Assembly (NCBI GenBank): GCA_963818475.1
Contig: CAWFSF010000006.1
Location: 2,080,001 to 2,144,000 of the forward strand
DNA: 64,000 bases
DNA from: Nitrospirota bacterium
GTDB lineage: Bacteria > Nitrospirota > UBA9217
Reading direction: 5' to 3'
Position numbers and translations under genes: made by a program. The number at the start of each line of letters is the position of its first letter. Positions within the stretch are counted from its first letter, which is position 1. Below the pieces are notes generated by a model, which was not told the DNA's origin, searched no databases, and saw only the letters and a program-made list of their open reading frames with translations. Of this stretch, positions 9,601 through 19,941 are shown in pieces.

Positions 9601-11116
9601 TCCGCAGCTCATAGTTGTTCTCCGCGGTAATCAGCGTCCCGCTCGTGTAGGCGTCCCCGTTCAGGGAGGTCTCCACCATTTCCAGATCGGCATCCGTCAC
9701 CGAGATGATCGGGCTGAGGTCCGTATTATAGTAGATGCCTTTTGCAATGCCGGCCACGGAGATCGCAGGCGGGGTCTTGTCAACGGTAAATGCAATTTCT
9801 TTCACGCTGCTGTTTCCGGCGGTGTCGGTCGCGGTGACCTTCAGAAGGTAATTCCCTTCCACGCTTATCGGAAGTTGAGCATAGGATATGCCGTTCAGCG
9901 TAATCTCGTTGAATGCAAGATTTTCATCCTGAACGGTAATGACCGGCTGGACGTCGGAAGGATAGTACACATTGTTCGATATGCCGCTGACCGTGATTCT
10001 CGGGGCAACGTCGTCCACTGCCGCGGCGTAAACGATAACGCCGGAGCTCTCGTTTCCATGGGCGTCGTAAGCGGTTATCCTGACCGGTGATGCCTGGCCC
10101 AGAGCGAGCCCGGACATTTCAACGCCGGTTGAGGCGGCATTCACAATGTCGCTTACCCGGACGCCGGAGGCGTTATAAACGCGGTATCCTGCGGTATCCG
10201 AAGACGGCGAAGGAAGCCAGGACAGTACTGCCGTGCCGCTCTCGTCCCCGGCTTTGTCAACAGCGTGAACATTGGTAACCTCGGATGGCGCAGTATTGAT
10301 GGCAAGATCAACGGCTGTTTCGCAGAGAAGCGTGGTCCCCGCATTTACCGACTGAACCAATACCGCATTGAGCGCATGTGTTCCCGTCGAATTGTCCAAT
10401 TCATACGCAGTTCCGAGAGAAAGTTTTGCCGTGGTCAATGCAGCCGTTGCGTCCTCGCCCGACAGTCCGATCAGGTTCGGCGCTTGCGTATAGCACTTCA
10501 AATCCACGGTGGCCCCCGTATTATTCTCGACGGGATAAACAGTGCTCCCCTCAAGCAAGGCGACATCGACAAGAGATATAACGATCTTCTCGGCTGCCGC
10601 CTGGCTGCCGGCGTTGATCTGAAAACGGGCGACGGTACCGCTGCCTGATGGCAGTGCGGCTCCGTTGGTCTGGCCCAGCGTGTATAACGCGGAACCATTC
10701 TGAAGTATTTCATTGTCCATCACGAGGATCCCGTGGGATCCTTTCGAATTCCAGAAGAAGTCACCGACTCCTGAGCGGCTGGTTGTGGCCGGACCGACGA
10801 TGAGCGGCGAGGAAACCGAAATGTCCCCCGGCTGGCCTTGGGCAGTATCCGAAACCGGCGCTACCGTGGATCCGGGCGCGCTTACGTTCAGCCGGAACTG
10901 GATGGCGCCCAGGCCTTCGGCAGGGATGCCCTCGACCACAACATCGGCGTAAAAGCTCTCTCCGGGCGTTACCTTGGAAGCGGACGGAACGACCTTGATA
11001 CCGGCTGCCGACGCTGTTCCCGCCATACAGCACAGCGCGAACGCAGCCAGGCAGGACGTCAGCAGGAGAGTTCCCGCTGTTCCGGACAATCGTGCGATCG
11101 GTGATTTACTGAACAT
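6656..11116 (-). CDS. Secreted scaffold: cohesin-like, PASTA, FN3, tandem Ig-like repeats, C-terminal domain (1486 aa)
   Basis: GGAGG RBS before ATG 11116; signal peptide; VTPGESFYADVVVEG..LGAIQFRL..GSGTVARFQI (cohesin-like); APNLIGLS..AVLVQS..AG (PASTA); repeated DxTxPxT..SG..EYRIDGGxW..H.I.YYS.D. Confidence 0.85.
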   Translation of the reverse strand: MFSKSPIARLSGTAGTLLLTSCLAAFALCCMAGTASAAGIKVVPSASKVTPGESFYADVVVEGIPAEGLGAIQFRLNVSAPGSTVAPVSDTAQGQPGDISVSSPLIVGPATTSRSGVGDFFWNSKGSHGILVMDNEILQNGSALYTLGQTNGAALPSGSGTVARFQINAGSQAAAEKIVISLVDVALLEGSTVYPVENNTGATVDLKCYTQAPNLIGLSGEDATAALTTAKLSLGTAYELDNSTGTHALNAVLVQSVNAGTTLLCETAVDLAINTAPSEVTNVHAVDKAGDESGTAVLSWLPSPSSDTAGYRVYNASGVRVSDIVNAASTGVEMSGLALGQASPVRITAYDAHGNESSGVIVYAAAVDDVAPRITVSGISNNVYYPSDVQPVITVQDENLAFNEITLNGISYAQLPISVEGNYLLKVTATDTAGNSSVKEIAFTVDKTPPAISVAGIAKGIYYNTDLSPIISVTDADLEMVETSLNGDAYTSGTLITAENNYELRIQARDKAGNSLSEVYAFFIDKTRPTSTMTIGSPTFESNGLLYVAGATPLTLAGSDPGTIMSGVDKLEYRTNEAAWNVYQTPAALAGMSDGPLTLDYRAVDRATNTEEYHTLAVTLDTTVPVTTLASSEPRYIGPDGSVYVTQNTSFTLSTVDALSGVAMAEFKLDAGPWITAAPFWIPAEGSHTILYHSRDNVANSEPDKTFAAIVDNTPPLTTITTNGQQFTAADGKLYITDGTTVTLAAADNLSGIAATEYRIDGGAWTTYSPFAILTEGTHTIDYYSKDNVSNAETFKTLAVLADKTPPVTTIMTGEPKYTAADGKLYVTGSTTFILSATDNISGAALTEYRIDGGEWTTYAPFTIASEGMHSIDYYSRDNVLNTETFKTLAVIVDNAAPVSTVTVGVPQYPSEGKLYVSSSTGVTITAVDAVSGVSKVEYSIDGGPWSAYTTMFTLSSYNEGTRTIRYRSVDNLDNRGDIEELAVILDKTAPQTSISASDPLIEGVINTVSPSTSFSLMPADALSGVRTAAYRINNGAWQVYSGSFSLAGMKAGQYTLAYRATDNVLNEEAETSITVRLIIMEMEKKTAADSIILVGVESDNSDLAQKQADLQMLNRLLTSLNLTYTVTETVDDFTIALRSGRYNTYILIDVKDPLIGGEIRESVFSGDGLIFIKTKPNADPFLDDAFGLKFSGKTTSDNLTITLQESPVSIEGSLRATGKSIVSAITSTTAQMFGSVLDKKDVYPAVVFNQYERGKVLLYTFDLLNADDQSLASALLIESLNFVRPAAQTSSALGSAPIRITVTNSTEPVEMKMIESLPYGATVDTVVPRVTPVDDTLTWQKSMTANERAGFGYYLNLPDAAGSYLTKTELAYNNNGFFRTYGQYELMLTVQNSSGEQLGMVLADLRALAVKTVSDADRVAKAIDLLMLVDTNAGTRRVAEDNIKLILQAIEEVRMLSIDAPALRTGLDELLKVWERKWYLLELIN

Positions 11117-12101
11117 CGGTCCTCCCGTATTCCTTCGAGAATTTCGAAAAATCACGAACATCCACTTTGCCTCCCGTGTCAGCCACGAAATCATAATCCG
11201 GGTTGTAGATGCCGTCATCGCGCGTGGTCCTGTATTGGGCCTTGAATGCTGCAAAGTCCTGGTCGTCGACCTTCCCATCAAGGTTGCTATCGGCAAAGAA
11301 GCCCGGCACCGGACCGACAATCGAAACGAGCGAGCTGTTCTGCGGCGCTTTCCTGTAATGGACCAGGGTGGCAAGATTTCCTGCCCGATAGATGCGCAGC
11401 GTGATCGTTTCATTACCCGCTACAATACTATTCGAGCCGTCGTCACCGAAGAGATTGTTCAGGTCCAGCATGCCTTCCGGAGAGACCGCTCCGTCACCGA
11501 CAAATGCGCTGATCGGATACAGGGAAGCCTCCTCTTCAAGGACGACCAGATCGCCTAAACCGGGCTCGGCTGCCGTGTCTGAGGGCCGGATATATACGGG
11601 AAAAGTCACGAGATCATTTGCAAGTGCCTGAACCATGCCGTTCACGGGACGATACAGTACAATGTTCGAGGCGGTGGTTACCTGCTGGAGCGCCGAGTAG
11701 CTGACGCTGCCGGGATTCAGCGAATCTCTCGTAACGGTCCTGACAGAATAGGTTGTCGCAGGCAGAACGCCCGACACGCGAACCTTGACGATCCCCTTTT
11801 CCCGTGCTGCCTGCGCAGCCTTGCTGATCGCCGCCGGCATCGGCGTAATGAGTATTCCTTCGGTCAACCGCTGCTGCAGAGAATTATCCGCATACACCTC
11901 TACCGACGGATCGGCAACGACATCGGTCATCCAGATTACGGAAAAAGAGGAAGGTGTGACATCGCTGACACGGACAGCGCTGGTTTCAGGAACAGCGTAA
12001 ACCGGCGATGCACACATACAAAATGCCAGATAAAGAATGAGGCTTGCGAAATGAAAATTGAAGGACTCCCCTATTCTCTGCTTGCATGTCAATCTTTTCA
12101 C
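11106..12101 (-). CDS. Secreted FN3-like protein with C-terminal dockerin-like domain
   Basis: GTG start overlapping the upstream stop; duplicated Ca-loops ADSNLDGKVDDQDF and YDFVADTGGKVDVRDF. Confidence 0.85.
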   Translation of the reverse strand: MKRLTCKQRIGESFNFHFASLILYLAFCMCASPVYAVPETSAVRVSDVTPSSFSVIWMTDVVADPSVEVYADNSLQQRLTEGILITPMPAAISKAAQAAREKGIVKVRVSGVLPATTYSVRTVTRDSLNPGSVSYSALQQVTTASNIVLYRPVNGMVQALANDLVTFPVYIRPSDTAAEPGLGDLVVLEEEASLYPISAFVGDGAVSPEGMLDLNNLFGDDGSNSIVAGNETITLRIYRAGNLATLVHYRKAPQNSSLVSIVGPVPGFFADSNLDGKVDDQDFAAFKAQYRTTRDDGIYNPDYDFVADTGGKVDVRDFSKFSKEYGRTDVQ

Positions 12102-12929
12102 CGCACACCTCCCGGGCAGGTCGGGCATGCCCCTGTTGTCTGCTGTTTGCGCAACTTCTCAGAAATCGTTGCCTCATATCCGCCGATCAGGTACCTGACA
12201 TCGTCTTTCGTACTCTGCAGTATCCTGTTGGTATATCCCTCAGCATCATCCGCAGCCGCAAAGATCAGGACCACAGGCAGCGGCTTCAGCATTTTCGCTG
12301 CAAGGTCCTTCTTTTTTCCCGTGCCCGCCAGCATGCTCTTCAGCTTTTCGACCCGTTCATCGAGGGTTTTGCCGGGAACAGGTTCGCTGTGTTGACTGGG
12401 CTGCTGCTTTTGTTTCTTTGCATCGCGCAGATCGTATACCTTCATCGGCACCGAACTGGCAATCGCCCATTTCAGGTCGGCGGCGGTCACTCCGCGGTCT
12501 GGCTCTTTGGTCTCGATAATCGGGAGGCCTTCTCTCTTCCATCCGGCAATCCCGCCCTCAAGCACAGACACCCGTTCATGCCCCTTTTTCACCAGCACCT
12601 GCGCCGCTTCACGTGCCGACTTCTGGCCGAGAGCATCATCAATGAGAATGAGCACCTTCTGCGGTGGAAATTTCTTGTGAATAAGAACGTCCGACGGAAT
12701 ATTGACCGAGCCTTCGATGTGGCCGGTTTCATAATTCGAGGCAGCCCGAACGTCTATCAGCCACAGGCCGCTCCCTTCGTTCATATAATTCATCACCCGC
12801 TGTCCGTCGACCCATTGCCAGCCGGTGGCGCGTGAGCGACGTCTCCAATGAGCAGAAGGGTTGTCATGCAAAGCAGCTGCACATTCAAAATTAGAAATTT
12901 AAAATTAAGATTTTCATTTTTGTATCCAT
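12098..12929 (-). CDS. Exported rhodanese-fold protein (N-terminus frameshifted)
   Basis: LIDVR, GHIEGS, LEGGIAGW motifs; signal peptide restored with two indels near 12830-12900; C-terminal CPTC. Confidence 0.75.
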
Positions 12930-12998
12930 AAAAAGACGTCAGCCGCAGTTCACCGAGAAGACCGCAAAAAAATTATATCATTGTCCAGATTTCCAAAC

Positions 12999-13093
12999 GC
13001 ATTTAGATTCGTTACTGATTTGCCCCTCACCTTTGTCCTCTCCCCAGCGGGGAGAGGGTAGGGAGAGGGGGGACTGTAACAATATTTAATTCG
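12999..13093. repeat. MITE/REP-like palindromic element, copy 1
   Basis: gcatttagattcgttactgatttgcccc..cctctcccc agc ggggagaggg..tgtaacaatattta; resembles 33906-34001. Confidence 0.7.
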
Positions 13094-13205
13094 TTTGCAT
13101 TAATAAACATAAGACTAAAGTTGACTTCTAAATCAAAAAAAATATATTCGGGCCCCTCGTTTTTGTTCGTGCTTTGCCCACTCCACAAGCCGCACTGGAG
13201 TGGAG

Positions 13206-16200
13206 TTAGGGTTTCCACCCATCCACCCGGTTTTTCATGATAACGATCAGTCCGTCGCCATGGTTGAGCACGAAATCGGCGCCTGCGGCGGACACATTCC
13301 CCAGCAGCTCGCGACGCACAGCAGCCGTCTCCCAGAGACCCGTCTGGTTGTTGAATCTCCGCACACTCTGTACATTATCGAGACCGATTGACTCGAGCAG
13401 GGTGTATGCCGTGTATCCGTTCGGGAGGGTGAGCATTCCGATGTAATTCGTGCCCGGAAGCAAAGTATATAAACCCGTTTCGCCGCTGTCGGCGACCTCC
13501 AAAGAACCGCTGTTTTCGGCATACAGACCGATTGCCATGCCCTTTTGCAGCGCAATATCTGCACCCGCTGATGTGTCCATGAAGGTCCCGTTCTGGCTGC
13601 TGTAAGCCACGACCTTTTCAATCCCGATCCCGTTTGAATTCGCTGCTATCAGCGAACTGGTCGTGGGATATGCTCCGGCGAATTTGTTCCCTACCGCAAT
13701 GAGATTGAGTCCGGGTTTGATCTCCACCGCAAGGGGAACGGCTTCCACCTGGAAAGGCGACCAGTAGATCCGGCTGATACCATCCCGGTCGTCCTGCCAG
13801 GCCAGCACGCCGTTCCCGAGCGCCGGTTCCTCCTGCCGGGCGGGGTTTGCCGTGAGCAGCGCCCCGAGGCCCGATTGCGCGTCAAAAAATGCAAGGTTCG
13901 GGTTGTCGATCCCTGCCTCGTAGTCCGTGTAGACGACGACCTTCTCCAGCACGGTCGCCTGTGAATGATCGCCAGCGCCGTAGGTCACCCGTATCTCACT
14001 GTTCGGCGCGGGCGAGTAATAGATATCTCTCTGGTTGTTCCTCTGATCTGTCCAGACAAGGGCGTTGCCGGAAAGTGAAGGCAGCGTCTGGTTGTAACTG
14101 TCCACGGTGTACCGTACCTCCGGTCCGCTCGTCAGATCGTACGTATAGATCTCCCCGAGGCCGTGCCGGTAATCTTCCCAGCTCAAACTCGTGCCTGCCA
14201 GGGCCGGATGCATCTGGTCCCGCACATGACTGATCATCTGCGTCTGATTGTGCGTTGTAAGATGGTAGGCAAAAATGTCCCAGTTCCCCTTCCGGTCATC
14301 CTGCCACGCAACCCAGTTTCCTGCGACAACAGGCCGTTCCTGGTTGCCTGCATCGTTGCAGATCAGGAATTCCTGATTCGTCGTCAGATCATAACCGTAG
14401 ATGTCCCAATTGCCGTTCCGGTTGTCCTGCCAGACAATGATGTTGCCGTCGATGGCCGGGTACTGGTGGTCTGAAGAATTGGCAGTGACGGCAACTGAAG
14501 AAGAACCTGCTGACGTATCCTTGGTATATATCTGCCAGGCGCCGCTCCGGTCATCCTGCCATACAACGCGCGTACCCGAGATCCTGGGATGCTGCTGCGC
14601 GCCCGCGACATTCGGGTCAAGCGGCTGTCCCGTGAACCAGTCAGCCACCGTGATCGGGATCGTTCGTGTGGTCGTATGGCTGGTGGTTGGACTGCTGTCG
14701 AGCCCGTCGGTAACGCTCAAACGAGCGGTATACGTGCCGGTCGGGACGAGCGTTCCAACCGAATCCCTGGCGTCCCACGAGAGAACCGCCTCAACATCTT
14801 TGGTCAATGCTGTTTTCAGGGTCCGGACGACCGCTGTCGGGGAATAGGTTTCTCCTTTTGCGATATCGATCGTTGCCTGGAGTGCGCTCTGGTCATCGGT
14901 GGCCTTGACCGCGAAGTTCGTTGTCCGGGCAGCTGCAATCCCTCTCGGGGCATAAGGCGAGATGGTGGAGGGCGACGCCTGGAAGGTAAGGACCGTCGGG
15001 GCGTTATCGTCAACCACGATGGTCGCTGTCTTAGTAGTTTCCGTGTTCCCTGCCCGGTCCACGCTGTAGTATTCAAGCGTATAGGTCCCGGGATCTTCAA
15101 TAGTGAATGGATAGGCCGGGATAAAATCTTCATCTATCCCCGTAACCTTTTCGAACATCTGGCCGACGCCGCTTCCTTCGTCATTGTCCGTTCCAAGGAG
15201 AACGACCCTCGTTGCGGTCGTGATGTAGTACGTCGGATCTGTTCCGGTCGCAGGTCCATCAAAGATAACTCGCGTGCTCGGCGGGAAGGTATCTTCCGCA
15301 GGCTGAGTGAAGACGAGTTTATACGTGCCGGGGGCGGAGGCATCGGCCCGATAATCAAGTAAGTTCAGGCTGAATATCTGCTTATAGTTCGTGTCCAGGC
15401 CTTCCTGTATCCAGAAGTTGTTCGGATCGAGGTGAACACCGTCTGCCCGCACCACGTCGAGCAACGTGAGCATCCCCTGCGCCGGATCAGGGAGCCGCGC
15501 ATATAGCCATCCGGTCGTACCTGTCTGGAGCGACACCAGGACCTCCGGTGCTGATGGCGTGGGCCGTGCCGGAGGCGTCACCACCTGCATAACAGCGACG
15601 GGAGAGCGGGCATCGTCGGTTTTTCCCGTATTGCCAGGTATTTCGGATTCAAAGATCGAGTCCGGCAGACGATCTGTGTTTTTGGTCAGGTCCGTTGAAT
15701 AAGCGAGAAAATCAAGCCGGCTGTCACGGCCCGGCAGGTTCACCTTGACCCGGTGCGTCAGGTAGTGAGTATTTGTTTCCTTAAGAAGCGATGTAAGCTC
15801 GCCTCCGAGTTCGGAATCATGAGAGAACGTCGCCTTGAACTCGGTTATCCGGCCGCTCAGCGTCGAGATCATCTCCCAAAAGGCCGTCGCGATCTTCATG
15901 CTGTCGAGGGTCCCGATGGAAACGGTGAGCGATGGGGAAACGGCGCTGTCGTTGACGGCGGATCCGATAAGCTTGAAGTCTACGAGCAAACCCTGCTCGT
16001 TCTCGACGATCTTCGGCTGGGCTGATTCGATCTTGAGGTTGATCGCAGGTCCGTAACCGTCATTCAAAACGCGGACAGCCAAAGGATACGGGATCGGAGC
16101 TTCAACCTGGGAGGTAAAGGGGTTGTCCCCGAGCACTTCGTAGGGGGTGAAATAATCAAGAACAAGCTGCGCTTCGGGTTTTACGATGATCCGGTCGGGA

Positions 16201-16668
16201 TTCACGGTAACCACTTCCTGTTTGCCGGCAACAGTGTACGTCAGTGTTGCGCCCACCCAGTATATCTGGCCGGTCGATACTGTTCCGCCTGCGCCGGGCG
16301 ACGGAATGATCAGCCAGTGAATTTCTGCCGCGGTAGCCGCCTTCACTGTTCCCGTGCCGTCCACTGCCGCGATGTTTTGCACTGATGAAACCCGGGTGAA
16401 AAAAATGGGATTTTGCCACTTTCCCTTCGTCGTCCTTGATGGTCACATCTACGCGGATATTGGTAAGGTCCTTGTCGGGAACGTTGTTGGTGATGACCAT
16501 TTTCGCGTCGAATGCGATCCGTTCGAGAGTGAGTTCCTGGAGAATCTCTATTTTGACCTCGGAACAAGCTCCTATGGCGCAGGAGGTGCGGGGCGCAGCA
16601 AGGAATGATAGGACAAGCGCCGCGAATATGAGAAGCAGATTACGATATTTTCTTTTTTTAGCGTCCAT
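13206..16668 (-). CDS. Secreted protein: uncharacterised N-domain, Ig, FlgD-Ig, beta-propeller repeats (frameshift ~16400)
   Basis: ATG 16668 with signal peptide; joins track ORFs 16156..16758 and 13206..16382 at an A7 run; repeats of the VVWQDxRxGxWDIY type. Confidence 0.85.
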
Positions 16669-16827
16669 ATTCCCTTCCCTGCTGTAAGTTAGCCTCAAAG
16701 ACTCAATGAAATAATTTTTTCTGCCGCTATGCTTTATCCGTGTCCGATCGGTGCTCATCGTAGGGCTAACCCGATACTACATCTCTCTCATTCCGTACTC
16801 TGCATTCCAAATTCTGCGGTCTGATCG

Positions 16828-18202
16828 CTACTCCGAGAGTTGCCGCAGCACTTCGGCACCGGTTGAAGTGGCCATTGGTGTATCCAACCCTGATCCATTC
16901 ACCATATAAACAAACGCTATTTTTTTACCATCCATCCGATCGATGTATCCGGCAAGGCTATAGGCGTCGGCTACTTGTCCGGATTTCACTCGAATACGCT
17001 CGGACCGGTATCCGAAGTCCTGTAATCTTCCATCCATTCCCGGCCTCGACAGACTCTCATAGAAAACATTGAACCACGGTTTGACCGTTGAAACTTGCAG
17101 AAACGTGACCATCTGCTCGGCTGAAATCCGGTTCCTGTTTGAGACACCGCTACCATCAGCGATCACGAGTCCGCCTAGCTGGACACCCAGTTCGCTCAAA
17201 AAACTGTTTACGGCCCGGATTCCCTTTTCCTGAGTACCGGGAGCTCCGTATGCTAGAGCTCCTAGTAAGAAAAGCATATTGTCTGCCGCAACATTCAAAC
17301 TCTGTTTATTAGTGTCTCTGATCAATGCGTTAACGTCATACGAGCTTACACGAATAACTTCACTCGCGTGAGAAGGCAGAATTCCTCGTTTGGTCACTCC
17401 AGAGACCATAATTCCTTGTTTCCTTAGCAGTGTTAGGAAAGCGCCTGCTGCATAAAGTGCCGGATCGCGCAGCGAAAAACGATCGTGAAAAGCGGGAGTA
17501 TTCCCTACCTCGCCTGTTATTTCATAAGTAAGATCGTCGATCTGGCGTATCCTCAGTTTATTGGATGGATTAAGACTGACCTTGACCGCGTCATTCATTG
17601 GATCGACAACGATACGCTCTCCTTCAATTGCAATTGAAACTGTGTGCAGATCGAGACCTAGGGCAGATGGGACTCCATATGCAGGCCCGGCATATTTGCC
17701 GTTCCATCCCTTCACATCGAAGAGCGAATCGTCGACGATTACATCTCCGGCTACTTCCTTGATGCCCAATGACTTTATTTTCCCTACCGCGGCAAGCAAA
17801 TCTTTGGTCGAAAGCAATGAATTGCCGCTTCCTTTTATAATAACGTCTCCATGAAGCTTCCCACTTGAAATGCTTCCATGAATTGAGATGACGGTGGAGA
17901 AATCGACTGCTGAGCGGCTATTTTGCTCAAGAAGCGCTGCAGTGATAAACAACTTTAAAAGCGATCCGGGGATTAAAAACCGATTTTCTGCGTTTCCCGC
18001 ATGAATCACTTTTTTTCCTGATGCGATGTCTACTGCGGCTAGTGACCATTCTGTTTTATCCGAGAGTCGCGCTGCGACTCTGATCTTGAATGCCGAGCGC
18101 TTGTACAGAAAAAGAAACATCGACTCCTTCGTTGGCTCGTAGCAAAGAGGGAGCCAAGAGAATGAATAAGGCACAAAATACACTGGTTCTCGCTCGCTTC
18201 AT
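16828..18202 (-). CDS. dacB: D-Ala-D-Ala carboxypeptidase/endopeptidase (PBP4, peptidase S13)
   Basis: PGSLLK (SxxK), SLN (SxN), KSG, DGSGVS; signal peptide from ATG 18202 with one indel ~18110. Confidence 0.88.
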
Positions 18203-18207
18203 TAGAT

Positions 18208-19086
18208 CTATTTCTTCTTTCTTAGTTCCGTTTCGATAATTGTCTCAAAACCATGCAAACTGCGGTCCTTCAGCTGCTTACCGTTTACAAAAATGGTAGG
18301 TGTGCCGTGCACGCCTGCTTGATTGCCCTCGGCAAGATCCCGGCTGATCAGTCCCTGAACCGCCGGGCCGTTCATGTCTTTACCGAACTTATCAAGATCA
18401 AGGCTCAGTTCCTTGGCGATATCCATAAATTTTGTTTCGCTCAGGCCTGACAAATTTTCAAATATCTTATGATGGTACTCCCAGAACCTTCCCTGTTTAT
18501 GAGCCGCAAGAGCTGCGGTTGCAGCCGTACGCGAAAGCTTGTGCATCGGAAGCGGAAAATTCTTTTCGACCAGTTTGACCTCTTTGGGATATTTCTCCAG
18601 CACCTGCTGGAGTAGCGGATCGAGCCGCGCGCAGAATGGTCATTGGTAATCGCTGAAGATCGCTATGGTCACCGGCGCGCTCTCAGGCCCTTTAAAAGCC
18701 AGTCCGCTCAAGTCGAATTTCTGCAGTACTTCCACACTTATGAGTCTGATCGTTTTTGTGGTACTGCTTGAAAGCATAAGAGTGTTTGCATTCGCCTGGG
18801 AGGAGTTAGAAATCCGATCGAACGATTTATCCACCGGGATTTTGCTCAGCACTTTGTCCTCGGCAATGGAATAGACCGTTATTTCTCCGGGTGTGAGAAT
18901 ATATGCCGTCTGCCCGTCTGTCGATAACGCCGTATCAAGCGGCGCGGCTTCTACGGTGAGCTGCTTTTTGAGCGTCCATTCCACTTCTGCAAAAACAAAC
19001 TGCGGCAGGATTAAAAGCACAATAACGGCAACTAAGAGTATGTTCAGGCTATTCATTCTATTTTTTAATGATCCTGTAGACTGCAC
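18208..19086 (-). CDS. dsbA: DsbA-family thiol:disulfide oxidoreductase, selenoprotein (UxxC)
   Basis: Track ORFs 18640..19086 and 18208..18603 are in frame across TGA 18640-18642: FSDYQ-U-PFCARL; cis-Pro GTPT; signal peptide. Confidence 0.88.
18595..18612 (-). promoter_or_regulatory. Candidate SECIS hairpin of dsbA
   Basis: CUCCAGC-AGGU-GCUGGAG starting 27 nt after the UGA. Confidence 0.6.
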
Positions 19087-19175
19087 AACAACTCCTCCGA
19101 ATGTTTATTAAGTTCAAACAACACCACACGGCATACAATAATATCCTTAACATCCCTAGTCACTTGAAACGAAAT

Positions 19176-19889
19176 TCACTTCTTGACGCCCTTAATTTTG
19201 GATTGATTCAATATGTGATATATTTTTTCTCGGTTTTTTTCCTCGATTACTTCAGCCCGTAAACAAACATGTTCAAAAACAGAACGCCCTGCTTCGTCCT
19301 TTATCTCGACTGAAGCGCCGCTGTCTATTAACAATTTGACAATTTTATAATTGCACATCGCGGTAGCATGCATTAGTGGCGTCCATCCGTATGAACCTTG
19401 CAAGTTGACATTATGACCATTAGAAATAAGACTCTGAATCAGGTTGATGTCTCGGCCGTAAACAGCTTTTATCAGCTCTGGTTCTTTAGCAGGATCGAAT
19501 GATGCAGGTAAAGTCTCTAGCAACCGTGCCTTATCCAGCAATTTTACTATTGCCTGCTTTACGTCTGGGCTAGCAGTTTTCGGGTTAACGCATATATAGT
19601 TATATACGGTGAATCCTTTATTATCTATAACATTTACTTTTCCGCCATTGTTCAACAGAATCCTAGTTATTTCCAGATCACACTTAGCTGAGGCATGCAT
19701 AAGCGGAGTCGACCCATATTTATCTTTTAAATTTACATTCACACCCATTTCTAGTGCTTTTTCAACGTATTTGACATTACCTTTATCTATTGCTTCAAAC
19801 AATTCGGCGTCTTTACCTGCCCAACTCATGTTAGAGCTCCCTAGGCACATTATTATTAGCACCTGATATAATATTTTCTTCAAATACAT
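19176..19889 (-). CDS. Exported ankyrin-repeat protein (candidate immunity protein)
   Basis: GSTPLMHA and GWTPLMHA ankyrin motifs in two duplicated halves; signal peptide; GAGGAG RBS; AT-rich. Confidence 0.9.
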   Translation of the reverse strand: MYLKKILYQVLIIMCLGSSNMSWAGKDAELFEAIDKGNVKYVEKALEMGVNVNLKDKYGSTPLMHASAKCDLEITRILLNNGGKVNVIDNKGFTVYNYICVNPKTASPDVKQAIVKLLDKARLLETLPASFDPAKEPELIKAVYGRDINLIQSLISNGHNVNLQGSYGWTPLMHATAMCNYKIVKLLIDSGASVEIKDEAGRSVFEHVCLRAEVIEEKNREKIYHILNQSKIKGVKK

Positions 19890-19941
19890 TTATTAATCTC
19901 CTCGTTTATCATCTTTAGATTGTTTATATCTTTAATTAAAT

